Shown here: one piece after another, positions 20,744-29,904 of the stretch
How positions within the stretch are numbered: the stretch's first letter is position 1
How the letters are laid out: the number at the start of each line of letters is the position of its first letter
Origin: Candidatus Ozemobacteraceae bacterium
Lineage (GTDB): Bacteria; Muiribacteriota; Ozemobacteria; Ozemobacterales; Ozemobacteraceae
Length of the DNA stretch: 64,000 bases
NCBI GenBank assembly: GCA_965140445.1
Contig: OZ223236.1
Location: 3,650,498-3,714,497, forward strand
Reading direction: 5' to 3'
Made by a program: the position numbers and the translations under genes
The notes under the pieces: generated by a model
Databases searched by the model: none
What the model saw: only the letters and a program-made list of their open reading frames with translations
What the model was told of the DNA's origin: nothing

Positions 20744-22270
20744 ATGGAAAACAAGTTGTCAGCCAAAACCTTGCTGAACTCTGTTGATATAGGCATCGTA
20801 ATAATAGATAGCAATGGTGAGATAGAGGAATTAAATTCATATTTGTCAAATATTGCCACTAAAAATGGGTGCACCAAGTTAACCGGAAACTATTTTGATT
20901 TTCTGAAAAACGCCTTGAATATTACCTTAAAAAATTCAGAAGAACTGAAAAGTAAGATTGAAAAGATATTTAACGGTTCTGCTAGTAACTTTGAAATTAC
21001 GTTAGAAAGCAACTTAAAAGAGCCAATTGGCTCCTGGCTTATAAAAGCAAGAACAGATGAGCCTCAGCCAATAAAAAGATTGGTTGTGACCCATGGTAAT
21101 ATTTCCAGATTAAAGCATCTGGAGGCAGAATTAAGAAAAATCACCAAAATGGAAACAGCGAGTCTGTTAACAGGTGGAGTTGCTGCAGAATTTAACAACT
21201 GCCTTCAAGTAATAGTTGGAAAAGCGGAATTATTGACAGAGGAACTTCCATTTAGAGATCCAACTTTTTTTATGGCAGCCGATATCTGTGCTGCTTCCAT
21301 GAAAGCCGCTCAATTAAATAGAAAGCTCTTAGCATTAAGCAAAATTCAAGTATTACGTCCTGTTCCAATAAACCTAAATAGCTTTCTTGAATCTTTGAAA
21401 GATAAAATTCAAAAGATTGTACCAGCAAATGTAAACTGCGATTTTGATCTTGCAGAAGACCTGGATTATGTTTTCGCTGACTTACCTCAAATGGAGCAAT
21501 CAATACTAAATATTGTTCAAAACTCTATTGAAGCTATGCCTGATGGTGGAAAGCTAACCTTTAAAACAACCAATAACCGAAATGATTCTAGAAAATGCTC
21601 CTGTAAAGAACTTGAAGACGATTCCAGAGATTGGTGTATGTTGGAAATCCATGACACCGGAAAAGGAATGGATATTGTTACCGCCTCAAGATCGTTTGAA
21701 CCATTTTTTACCACGAAAGAAGTTGGAGATGGATTAGGTTTGGGCCTGAGTTATGTTTATGGTGTTGCACTGCAAAGTGGCGGCCATATTTGCATAAATT
21801 CGGAAGAAAACAAATGGACCAGGGTAAGAATTTGTCTACCTGCACTGGTAGACGTGGTCAACGAAAATGAACTTACAGGTACATCAAACTCAGAAATCAG
21901 TACTGGTAAAAAGATCTTTGTTGTTGAGGATAACCACACAGTAAGAAGAATGATCACAACCTTCCTTGTTACCGCTGGTCATCAAGTTCAAGCTGCCCAC
22001 AGCGCCGAGCATGCATTAGAGATTCTTGAAAAAACTGAAATAGAATTCGATCTGATTTTAACAGATGTAATCATGCATGGAATGACAGGAAAAGATCTTG
22101 CTGATCGTTTGAAAGAGATTAAACCTGAACTTCCAGTCCTGTTTATGTCGGGATATTCTGATGCCATTATGGTTAAACAAGGATCAAATGTTTCAGAAAT
22201 ACATTTCATAGAAAAACCATTTAAGAAAACAGAACTTCTCGATAAGGTAGATGGAATTTTAAAAGGATAA
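20744..22270 (+). CDS. PAS/HisKA-like/HATPase/REC hybrid sensor kinase-like protein. The H-box lacks the conserved His.
   Basis: HATPase motifs (IHDTGKGMD, GLGLGLS). REC with DLILTDVIMHGMTGKD. The H-box reads GGVAAEFNN where the other kinase in this window reads GGVAHDLNN. Confidence 0.8.
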   Translation: MENKLSAKTLLNSVDIGIVIIDSNGEIEELNSYLSNIATKNGCTKLTGNYFDFLKNALNITLKNSEELKSKIEKIFNGSASNFEITLESNLKEPIGSWLIKARTDEPQPIKRLVVTHGNISRLKHLEAELRKITKMETASLLTGGVAAEFNNCLQVIVGKAELLTEELPFRDPTFFMAADICAASMKAAQLNRKLLALSKIQVLRPVPINLNSFLESLKDKIQKIVPANVNCDFDLAEDLDYVFADLPQMEQSILNIVQNSIEAMPDGGKLTFKTTNNRNDSRKCSCKELEDDSRDWCMLEIHDTGKGMDIVTASRSFEPFFTTKEVGDGLGLGLSYVYGVALQSGGHICINSEENKWTRVRICLPALVDVVNENELTGTSNSEISTGKKIFVVEDNHTVRRMITTFLVTAGHQVQAAHSAEHALEILEKTEIEFDLILTDVIMHGMTGKDLADRLKEIKPELPVLFMSGYSDAIMVKQGSNVSEIHFIEKPFKKTELLDKVDGILKG

Positions 22271-22283
22271 AATAATAACAAAA

Positions 22284-22327
22284 AGCCCGAAGAATGAGCT
22301 TTCATATCATTCTTCGGGCTTTTTTAT
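22284..22327. terminator. Bidirectional terminator between convergent genes
   Basis: agcccgaagaatga...tcattcttcgggct hairpin followed by TTTTTT. Confidence 0.6.
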
Positions 22328-23191
22328 TTAATCAAAATCCCCATCATCATCTTCATGCGGATAATTCTTTTCCGCACACTCGGGACAAATCCCGTGACTA
22401 AATTTTGCCATAGAATGTTCCGAGATATAGTTTTCAACTCGATCCCAATAGCCTTTGTCATCCCTAATCTTTTTGCAGTGTGAGCAAATAGGAATAATAC
22501 CCTTAAGAGTTTTAATCTCCTCCATAGTATTCCTAAGCTCTTTAATTAAGTTTTCCTTTTCGGCATTAGATTCCTCTAATTCTTTAACAACCTTTTCCAC
22601 GGCTTTTGTTGAATTATTTAAGCCTTCCTGGACCATTCCCCTTGATTTCTCCATTACAAAGGAAAAAAGAAAAATAATCAAATAGGCTGAAACACTTCTA
22701 ACTCTTACATTAAAATCATATTTTGCAACAAAACTAAAATGCTTATCAAAAAAGAAAACTGTAAGCATGACCAGCAATAAACACCAGGCAATTCTGCTCC
22801 CATTTTTTTCTCCCAGAAGGAAAACCGAAATTATTGGAAAAGTGAAGGACCAAACATAACCAGAATTAGAAGATCCCCCAGAAATAAGCAAAAAACAATA
22901 CAATAAAAAGCCTACAGAAACACCCATTATAGAAAATAGCCTATAGTTTTTTGTTTTTCTAAGCAAAATCAAAAATAATAACAAAACGATTGAACAGGAA
23001 AAATCTACAAAAGCCAATTGATAATTTCCCTGATAGCTAGCAATGGGTGCCAGAATCAGAAGAGTAGCCATGGAAAATAAAAGGGTTAAATTCAACATCA
23101 GAGTCCGTCTCAAAGCTTCTATTTCATGCTTCTTTGACAAACCTGAAGAAATAAAATCCCAGAACCATTCTTTTAAAGTTTTCAGAGACAT
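22328..23191 (-). CDS. Membrane sensor (multi-TM N-terminus) - coiled coil - C-terminal Cys4 zinc-ribbon-like module (paralog A)
   Basis: Five or six predicted TM helices. C-terminus LKGIIPICSHCKKIRDDKGYWDRVENYISEHSMAKFSHGICPECAEKNYPHEDDDGDFD. Confidence 0.75.
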   Translation of the reverse strand: MSLKTLKEWFWDFISSGLSKKHEIEALRRTLMLNLTLLFSMATLLILAPIASYQGNYQLAFVDFSCSIVLLLFLILLRKTKNYRLFSIMGVSVGFLLYCFLLISGGSSNSGYVWSFTFPIISVFLLGEKNGSRIAWCLLLVMLTVFFFDKHFSFVAKYDFNVRVRSVSAYLIIFLFSFVMEKSRGMVQEGLNNSTKAVEKVVKELEESNAEKENLIKELRNTMEEIKTLKGIIPICSHCKKIRDDKGYWDRVENYISEHSMAKFSHGICPECAEKNYPHEDDDGDFD

Positions 23192-23224
23192 AGCGTTTTC
23201 TGGTATCTTTTCTCTTGATTAATT

Positions 23225-24079
23225 TTAATCATCATCAAAGTCCTCTTCAGAGTATAGCTCTTTAATGCAGTCTGGACAAATACCATGACTAAATTGTGCC
23301 TCAGTATGGTCGGTAATAAAATTCTCGACTCTATCCCAGAAGCCCTCATCGTTTCTTATTTTTTTACAGCACGAGCACATTGGTAAAATTCCTTGTAAGG
23401 TGCTGACCTCATTCATTAATTCCTTTAACTCATGAATGAGATTTTCCTTAACTGCTTGAGCTTTTTCAAGTTCTGTAACAGACTTTTCCATTTCGACTTT
23501 AGACTTATTCAAGTTCTTTTGAATAGAATCTCTCAATTCTTCCATCACAGCAGCAAAAAGAAAGATTAAAAAATATGCCGACAATGCTCTAATTGCAATG
23601 TTGAAATCATAACTCTCCAAATAAGGAATTTCATTTCCCGCGAAAAAAACAATACCAACAAAACTAAACAAAACAAGACTAAAAAAAGCGCCACGCTGGT
23701 TGCCAAGCAAAAAAATAGAAATCAAAGGGTAAGTAAAAATCCAAACATGTGAAGCTCCACCAACACCACCTGTACCTGATAAATAAGCAAAAAAGACACC
23801 CGTTAGCGCTACTGCAAAGGTCGAACAGAATACATAATTGTGAGTTTTCTTATGATAAAAAAATAGAAAAAGTAAAATACCTAAAGTAATTGAATCAGCA
23901 ACTACAACTCTGTAGCTACCCTGAAAGTATGATAAAAGACCTAAAACAAAAATAAAAAAGCCGCCAAGAAAAACCAGAATATTAAACATAAAGACACGTC
24001 TAAGTTCTTCAATGTTATTTTTATCCTTAAGGCCTCCCGAAAAGAGATACCAAATTATTTTTTTTGATTCATTCTTCAT
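23225..24079 (-). CDS. Membrane sensor - coiled coil - Cys4 module (paralog B, tandem duplicate of A)
   Basis: Same architecture. C-terminus LQGILPMCSCCKKIRNDEGFWDRVENFITDHTEAQFSHGICPDCIKELYSEEDFDDD. Confidence 0.75.
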   Translation of the reverse strand: MKNESKKIIWYLFSGGLKDKNNIEELRRVFMFNILVFLGGFFIFVLGLLSYFQGSYRVVVADSITLGILLFLFFYHKKTHNYVFCSTFAVALTGVFFAYLSGTGGVGGASHVWIFTYPLISIFLLGNQRGAFFSLVLFSFVGIVFFAGNEIPYLESYDFNIAIRALSAYFLIFLFAAVMEELRDSIQKNLNKSKVEMEKSVTELEKAQAVKENLIHELKELMNEVSTLQGILPMCSCCKKIRNDEGFWDRVENFITDHTEAQFSHGICPDCIKELYSEEDFDDD

Positions 24080-24190
24080 AAAAACTCATATCAACAAAAG
24101 TTAAAGTTTGTCGTAATACTATTATAAAGAGAGAAATTGCGCAAAGATAAGGACTCTCATACATTTATCCCTCCAAAATAAACAAAAATC

Positions 24191-24640
24191 TCAACTATTT
24201 TTTTCTAATTCCGCCTTAAGTTTTTGTAAAGGGGTTTCACCAACTGTCTTCCCCAGAATAGTAATAATTTTAATGATTATCCATCCCCAAAATGGGATAT
24301 CACCTAGATAGGCAATACTCTCTGTAACTTTTGTTCCGAAAATCCCTTCTGAAAAGCTGTATTCAACTATCATCTCTATCTTTGCCTTACTTTCTTCATC
24401 AGGCTCTTTTACAAATAGTCTGGCTTTTATAAATTTTGGTCTGTGACAGTCTTCAAGATATCCATCAAAATCCTTTTTCTTGTTTTTAAAACATATGCTA
24501 CCAAGAATTCTATTATTCTCGTATACAATTGTTTCAATTTTATCGTTAATCTTTGGCCAGTTTTCTGGATCAGAAAGATAATCAAAAGCTTTTTCAGGCA
24601 ATTCTTTTAAATATATACTCTCTCTGAGTTTTAATATCAT
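24191..24640 (-). CDS. Hypothetical protein
   Basis: 149-aa ORF with no confident domain. Confidence 0.45.
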   Translation of the reverse strand: MILKLRESIYLKELPEKAFDYLSDPENWPKINDKIETIVYENNRILGSICFKNKKKDFDGYLEDCHRPKFIKARLFVKEPDEESKAKIEMIVEYSFSEGIFGTKVTESIAYLGDIPFWGWIIIKIITILGKTVGETPLQKLKAELEKNS

Positions 24641-24643
24641 TAA

Positions 24644-25195
24644 TCAGACTTTTGCAGGGTGAATTTTCATAATGGTAACATTACAATCATGGTAAACTCT
24701 CTCCTCGATAGTTTCCCATCCTAAAGAAGTGTAAAATTTTTCCTTATCCGGAGTAAAAAGATAAAGAGTTTCTACACCTATGCCCTCAGCATATTTCACC
24801 ACTTTATTTACAAGCTTAGCCCCAGTTCCTTGTCGCCTTTTATCTTTATCAACAAAAACGCTTGCCAGCCATGGAGTAAGATCAGGTCGATCATCCATGT
24901 CACTTACCACAATTGCTGCAGAGCCCAAAATCTCTTCATCTTTAACTGCCACAAAAGTTTTAGGAATTTTTTCTCCAGCAAGGTGATCTTGCATATTTTT
25001 CATGCGCTTTTCCAGCGTCTTTCCTGGATTTAAAAACCCCCATTGATCATGGTGCCATTTCGCAAGCAAAGGTAAGGCTTCTGGGATGTTTCCCATATCA
25101 AGGATTTTTTCCAAAACTATTTCTCCATTTTTAATATAAAAAAAGTATACCAGTGAGATTTGCTCAAGCAAAATTCTTTTCAATTGAAAAGTCAT
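24644..25195 (-). CDS. GNAT family N-acetyltransferase
   Basis: GNAT acetyl-CoA binding pattern (RRQGTGAKLVNKVVKYAE). Confidence 0.65.
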   Translation of the reverse strand: MTFQLKRILLEQISLVYFFYIKNGEIVLEKILDMGNIPEALPLLAKWHHDQWGFLNPGKTLEKRMKNMQDHLAGEKIPKTFVAVKDEEILGSAAIVVSDMDDRPDLTPWLASVFVDKDKRRQGTGAKLVNKVVKYAEGIGVETLYLFTPDKEKFYTSLGWETIEERVYHDCNVTIMKIHPAKV

Positions 25196-25288
25196 AATTC
25201 ATCAAACTTTTTGATCATTAATTTGTTTTTTAATGAATTTTTTTCAAATTATGTTATCATCCTTCAAAACAAATAAAAAGGCTTAGCG

Positions 25289-26215
25289 ATGGCTTTAAGA
25301 AGAGATTTTCAGACAATTCTGGAAGAAATAAACGAAGAAATTTCATCTTTTAAAAATTCAGGAGAAGTTGCGAATTATATTCCTGAGTTGGCAAAAATTC
25401 CAAAAGAAAAGTTTGGATTTTCAGTCTGTACAATAGACGGTCAGTATTATTCAATCGGTGAGTCCGAAGAACCATTTTCTATACAAAGTATTTCCAAAGT
25501 CTTTTCCCTAACGCTCGCCATGATGCTTGAGGGTGACGAACTATGGAAACGCACAGGGCGAGAACCCTCGGGAACCGCTTTTAATTCACTTGTTCAGCTG
25601 GAATATGAGCATGGTATTCCCAGAAATCCTTTCATCAATGCAGGGGCATTAGTAATAACAGATGTTTTAATTTCCCACCTTATCGACCCAAAAATTGAGA
25701 TACTGGATTTTTTAAGACATATAACCACAAACCAAAACATTAGCTTTGACCAAAAAGTTGCAAAATCAGAAGCATCGGTCGGTTTTAGAAATAAAGCTAT
25801 GGGTTATTTTATGAAAAGCTTTGGTAATATTAAAAACAATGTTGAGGAAGTTCTTGATAATTACTTTGCACACTGCTCCATTTCAATGAGCTGCAAAGAT
25901 CTTGCCAAAGCGGGACTCTTCCTCGCAAACAGAGGAATAAACCCGTTAACGGGGGAAATAGTTTTGGATTCAAGAAGAACCAAATATGTAAATTCCTTAA
26001 TGTTAACTTGTGGAACATATGATGCGGTTGGGCAATTTGCCTATCAGGTTGGGCTCCCGGCAAAAAGCGGTGTTGGAGGGGGCATAATGGCAGTCATGCC
26101 AGGAGAATTTTCCATTTGTGTCTGGTCACCTGGTTTGGATAATAATGGCAATTCACTTGCAGGGATAAAAGCCCTGGATCTTTTCACCACCAAAACAGGA
26201 ATTTCCATTTTTTAA
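25289..26215 (+). CDS. glsA: Glutaminase
   Basis: Glutaminase signature SISKVFSL with serine-dependent beta-lactamase-like fold. 308 aa. Confidence 0.85.
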   Translation: MALRRDFQTILEEINEEISSFKNSGEVANYIPELAKIPKEKFGFSVCTIDGQYYSIGESEEPFSIQSISKVFSLTLAMMLEGDELWKRTGREPSGTAFNSLVQLEYEHGIPRNPFINAGALVITDVLISHLIDPKIEILDFLRHITTNQNISFDQKVAKSEASVGFRNKAMGYFMKSFGNIKNNVEEVLDNYFAHCSISMSCKDLAKAGLFLANRGINPLTGEIVLDSRRTKYVNSLMLTCGTYDAVGQFAYQVGLPAKSGVGGGIMAVMPGEFSICVWSPGLDNNGNSLAGIKALDLFTTKTGISIF

Positions 26216-26231
26216 TTTTTTCTCATAAGCA

Positions 26232-27284
26232 TTGCGTGAAATCAAAATCATAAATACAATTAAAGTCTGGAGAAAAGATTTGTTTAAGTATTTAAAAATT
26301 AAGTTTGTATTTATTATCGCACTGTTAGCGTCCTTGTCCCCCCTATATGCGGGCAAAATTTCCACGGACGAAATTAAACGACTTCAGAATGTAAACGAAA
26401 CACTTATCAACCATATTTCAATAATGGAAGAAGAGTTTGAAGCCTCACCTTCGTTAAATAAATACAAAAAAGAATATTTGTCAGCAATCCCGACTGATTC
26501 CATACTACCAGTTGCAAATACGGTTATGGCTAAAACTATTGCTGGCGCGCCGTTTGTGTTTCTTGGAGACGAACATACGACCCCTCAATCTCAAAGAAAT
26601 ACTATTTCTGTTTTGCAAATGATGAAAAAGAACCCTGCCCCTTTAACCCTGGTTATTGAGTGGATTGATATAAGTTACCAAAAAGAGATAAACAACTTTC
26701 TACAGGGAAAAATAAAAATTTCTGATTTAAGAAAATGCATATCTTTTGATAAATACTGGGGATTTTCATGGGCTAATTATTCAAAAATATTGGGTGCAGC
26801 TAAAAAATTGAAAACCCCCATTCTTTTAACTGAAAGATTGAAAAACAGCCATTCCTTATCTGATAGAGACACTTTTATTGTAAAAAAGATTTTAGAACAC
26901 AGAGAAAGTAATCCCAAAATGCGATATCTGGTTGTTTATGGCGATTACCATATTCTAGGAAAACTTCATCTGTCTGAAAAAGCTGCGAAAGCAGGTTTGA
27001 AGCCTCAATTGCTTCTTCTGGGTGGTGCTTCAAAGGTTTATTGGAAGCTTTTAAACAAAATCCAGGATCCCGACAAAACTTCCTTCGCAAAATTGTCCAG
27101 AGGGATTTTTTACATAAGGAATGGAACACCCTTAGAGAGAAATTTATCTTACCGCAACTACCTGCTTAAAATTCTTGGTTACAGTAAAGACGATTTTGAC
27201 ATTTGGGTGGACAAAAGAGACATTTTACCAATTTCTGTTTCAACTAACCGATTTGACTCATTACATTCTACACCAGCCAGATAA
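26232..27284 (+). CDS. Secreted ChaN/Tiki-like family protein (putative)
   Basis: Signal peptide. GDEHTTPQSQ resembles the GxxH motif of the ChaN/Tiki superfamily. Low certainty. Confidence 0.45.
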   Translation: MREIKIINTIKVWRKDLFKYLKIKFVFIIALLASLSPLYAGKISTDEIKRLQNVNETLINHISIMEEEFEASPSLNKYKKEYLSAIPTDSILPVANTVMAKTIAGAPFVFLGDEHTTPQSQRNTISVLQMMKKNPAPLTLVIEWIDISYQKEINNFLQGKIKISDLRKCISFDKYWGFSWANYSKILGAAKKLKTPILLTERLKNSHSLSDRDTFIVKKILEHRESNPKMRYLVVYGDYHILGKLHLSEKAAKAGLKPQLLLLGGASKVYWKLLNKIQDPDKTSFAKLSRGIFYIRNGTPLERNLSYRNYLLKILGYSKDDFDIWVDKRDILPISVSTNRFDSLHSTPAR

Positions 27285-27486
27285 GCTTCCTAAGCTTTTA
27301 TAGAATTATTTTCAATGAACCTTTCCTTAGCTTTTCTAATGATTTTCTTACCCATTAGTTAAGTAACTCTTGCATAAAACCAACTCCTATTCGTATTAGT
27401 TAATGATACATAAAAGTTTATTCATTTAATTTGACGCAAATGACACTCCTCAGGTATCATTTTAAAAAAATTAAGGAGTTTTATTC

Positions 27487-28326
27487 ATGCGAAATCTATT
27501 TGTTTTTTTTACATTGTGTATTATTTTGATTAGCTTTACAGGCTGTAACTCATTGTGGGACTTTGATGACGATGATAGCACTTCTGCAATTGTTTCGACT
27601 AAAGCACCAGCAAACGCAAACTCATTAAACAATGTAACCCTGAGCATAAACCCTACGATAAGCTTTTCAGGAAACTCGTTTACATATGTTAATAACGTAT
27701 CCGATCATTCTTCATTCCCAACAACAGGTGGCGTTACGCTAACAGGTTCCTTTACCTACACGCCAGATGCTACTAATACCAGTTCCGCAAGCCTTTTTCT
27801 TGATTTTTCAGGAACAACTGAAGATATATTGCTAGTTTTGTCTAATTTTAACGGCACAGGCTCATCAATCACCTCTTTTACAGCCGCTTATAAAACTTAC
27901 AATTTTCAGGTCACAGTAACGGGGGGAACCTTGGTCCCAGCACCTTCTACAAACACGACCACCAATACAGGCACAACAACTTCAGGAACAACTGCAACAA
28001 TTCCAGAAAGCATTAAAGGAAAAAACCTGACTTTAACCCTGGATACACTATCAAATACAGCTCCTGCTTCTTTCCCTTATAAAAAAGGTGACACAGAACA
28101 ATTTACTTTCAGTTCAAGCAGCATGCTATTTGTAGGAAAAACATCTCCCCAAAATGAGTTGGGTTTGCCATCTACCTACACTGGGAGCTCTGAATATATT
28201 TGGTATGATAAAACTAATTCTTACTATGTCGCCCTATCAACCAAAAGTGATGGATCATTTAATGAAATAAACATTTATAGTAAACCGATTGGTGGAATTT
28301 TCTACGGTCAGTTTGTTCAAAAATAA
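27487..28326 (+). CDS. Ser/Thr-rich lipoprotein, hypothetical
   Basis: Lipobox LISFTGC. A low-complexity T/S-rich beta-like region follows. Confidence 0.5.
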   Translation: MRNLFVFFTLCIILISFTGCNSLWDFDDDDSTSAIVSTKAPANANSLNNVTLSINPTISFSGNSFTYVNNVSDHSSFPTTGGVTLTGSFTYTPDATNTSSASLFLDFSGTTEDILLVLSNFNGTGSSITSFTAAYKTYNFQVTVTGGTLVPAPSTNTTTNTGTTTSGTTATIPESIKGKNLTLTLDTLSNTAPASFPYKKGDTEQFTFSSSSMLFVGKTSPQNELGLPSTYTGSSEYIWYDKTNSYYVALSTKSDGSFNEINIYSKPIGGIFYGQFVQK

Positions 28327-28329
28327 AAA

Positions 28330-28366
28330 AAATGGGCGATTCATCTTATTGAATCGCCCATTTTCT
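28330..28366. terminator. Bidirectional terminator between convergent genes
   Basis: tgggcgattca-tctt-attgaatcgccca hairpin flanked by A- and T-runs. Confidence 0.55.
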
Positions 28367-28374
28367 TTAATAAA

Positions 28375-29376
28375 CTAATCGTTGTCTTCCCAGTCCAGTT
28401 CTGGATAAAGCTCCTTTGCGCAATCGGGGCAAATTCCATGACTTATTTCTGCATCAGTATTATCGTAGATGTAAACTTCTAATTTACTCCAGTATCCTTT
28501 ATCGTTTCTAATTTTGTGACACTTACAACATAGAGGAAGCAGGCCGGAAAGAGTTTTAATTTTGGAATTTGCAAGCTGAAGATTTTTAATTAATTCCTCT
28601 CTTTCAATTGCATATCGTCTTTTTTCGGTTACATCAGCGTGCGTACCACACATCCTTGATGGTTTTCCCTGCTCATCATAGGAAACGACCTTTGCCCTGT
28701 CCAATATCCATTTTATAGATGAATCCTTGCAAATCATTCTATATTCAAGCTCATGGATTGGCTTCTTTCCATCCAGGTGGTCTTTAATGGAATTCCATGC
28801 TTTTGCCCTATCCTCTGGATGCACAAAATCTTCCCACTGTTTTACCGTAAACTGTATTTCTTCAAATGTATATCCTAGGATTTTAGCCCACATCTCATTT
28901 CGTTGGACTTCTCCAGTTTTCAAATTCCAGTCCCAAAAGCCAAGTTCACTAGCATCCAATACTAATCTAGTTCTTTCTTCACTATCCAGAACTTTTCTTT
29001 CGGCAATAATTCGAGGGGTAATATCAACAAAACTAACGCTGAACTGACCTTTTTTAGGAGAAAATGCGTTAACATGGAAGTGTTTATTTAGTTCCTGAGA
29101 AAAATTTTCAAACTGAATAGGTTCCCCTGTTAGGGCAACTTTTCCATATTTTTGGATCCAACTGTGCTCTGTACCAGGCATCAAATCAAGAATAGTACGA
29201 CCGATAATATCTTCCGCCTTCATACCAGTCAACTTTTCAAAAGCAGGATTAACTAGTAAGAACCTATAGTCAACGGGATTTCCTTGGTCATCACAAATAA
29301 TTTCATGATGCGCAAAACCAAACACCGCCTCCGCAAACAACAGGGCGGCTAATCCAGTGTCAACTTTAGAATCCAC
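28375..29376 (-). CDS. Cytoplasmic 2xPAS sensor - coiled coil - Cys4 module (paralog C)
   Basis: Two PAS folds. C-terminus LSGLLPLCCKCHKIRNDKGYWSKLEVYIYDNTDAEISHGICPDCAKELYPELDWEDND. Confidence 0.8.
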   Translation of the reverse strand: MDSKVDTGLAALLFAEAVFGFAHHEIICDDQGNPVDYRFLLVNPAFEKLTGMKAEDIIGRTILDLMPGTEHSWIQKYGKVALTGEPIQFENFSQELNKHFHVNAFSPKKGQFSVSFVDITPRIIAERKVLDSEERTRLVLDASELGFWDWNLKTGEVQRNEMWAKILGYTFEEIQFTVKQWEDFVHPEDRAKAWNSIKDHLDGKKPIHELEYRMICKDSSIKWILDRAKVVSYDEQGKPSRMCGTHADVTEKRRYAIEREELIKNLQLANSKIKTLSGLLPLCCKCHKIRNDKGYWSKLEVYIYDNTDAEISHGICPDCAKELYPELDWEDND

Positions 29377-29411
29377 AATAAACCTCGTTAATCTTTTCTT
29401 TCCAAAAGAAT

Positions 29412-29843
29412 TTAGCTTAAAAAGCTAACATATCCTTTATCTGTACCTTTGATATGATTAATTAACCAATCTTTTAGGAAGTTCATAATTTCAATGCTTA
29501 ATCCAATTTTTCCGGAATCAAAAGATTTTTTAAAATCAGAGATTCTTGCTTCAAATTCTTTATGCTTTGCTTTATGAGCAATTACTTCTGAATAAGAGGT
29601 TCTTTCAAACATTGATTCCTCTTTTCTAAAGTGATTTTGTGTGTAGGAAATCAATTCTTTCAGGATTTTTCCTTGAATATCATTTCCTTTACCTTCTTTA
29701 AGCGCATCAAAAAGCTCATTTATCATTGATACCAGCTTTTGATGTTGAGTATCTAGCTCTGCGTTTCCAACACTATAAGAATTATTCCAGTTTAACAAAG
29801 CCATTAAAATCACCTCGATTAAAAATACTGCAACTCTGTACAA
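29412..29843 (-). CDS. Hemerythrin-like metal-binding protein (bacteriohemerythrin)
   Basis: WNNSYSVG...LDTQHQKL...H-x-EE..F...H pattern typical of hemerythrin His/Glu ligands. 143 aa. Confidence 0.75.
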   Translation of the reverse strand: MYRVAVFLIEVILMALLNWNNSYSVGNAELDTQHQKLVSMINELFDALKEGKGNDIQGKILKELISYTQNHFRKEESMFERTSYSEVIAHKAKHKEFEARISDFKKSFDSGKIGLSIEIMNFLKDWLINHIKGTDKGYVSFLS

Positions 29844-29904
29844 TTTTAATTAAACAGGGGTTAAAATGCAATTAGTTAAAAAGCCCGAATAAGCACTTAT
29901 ATTC

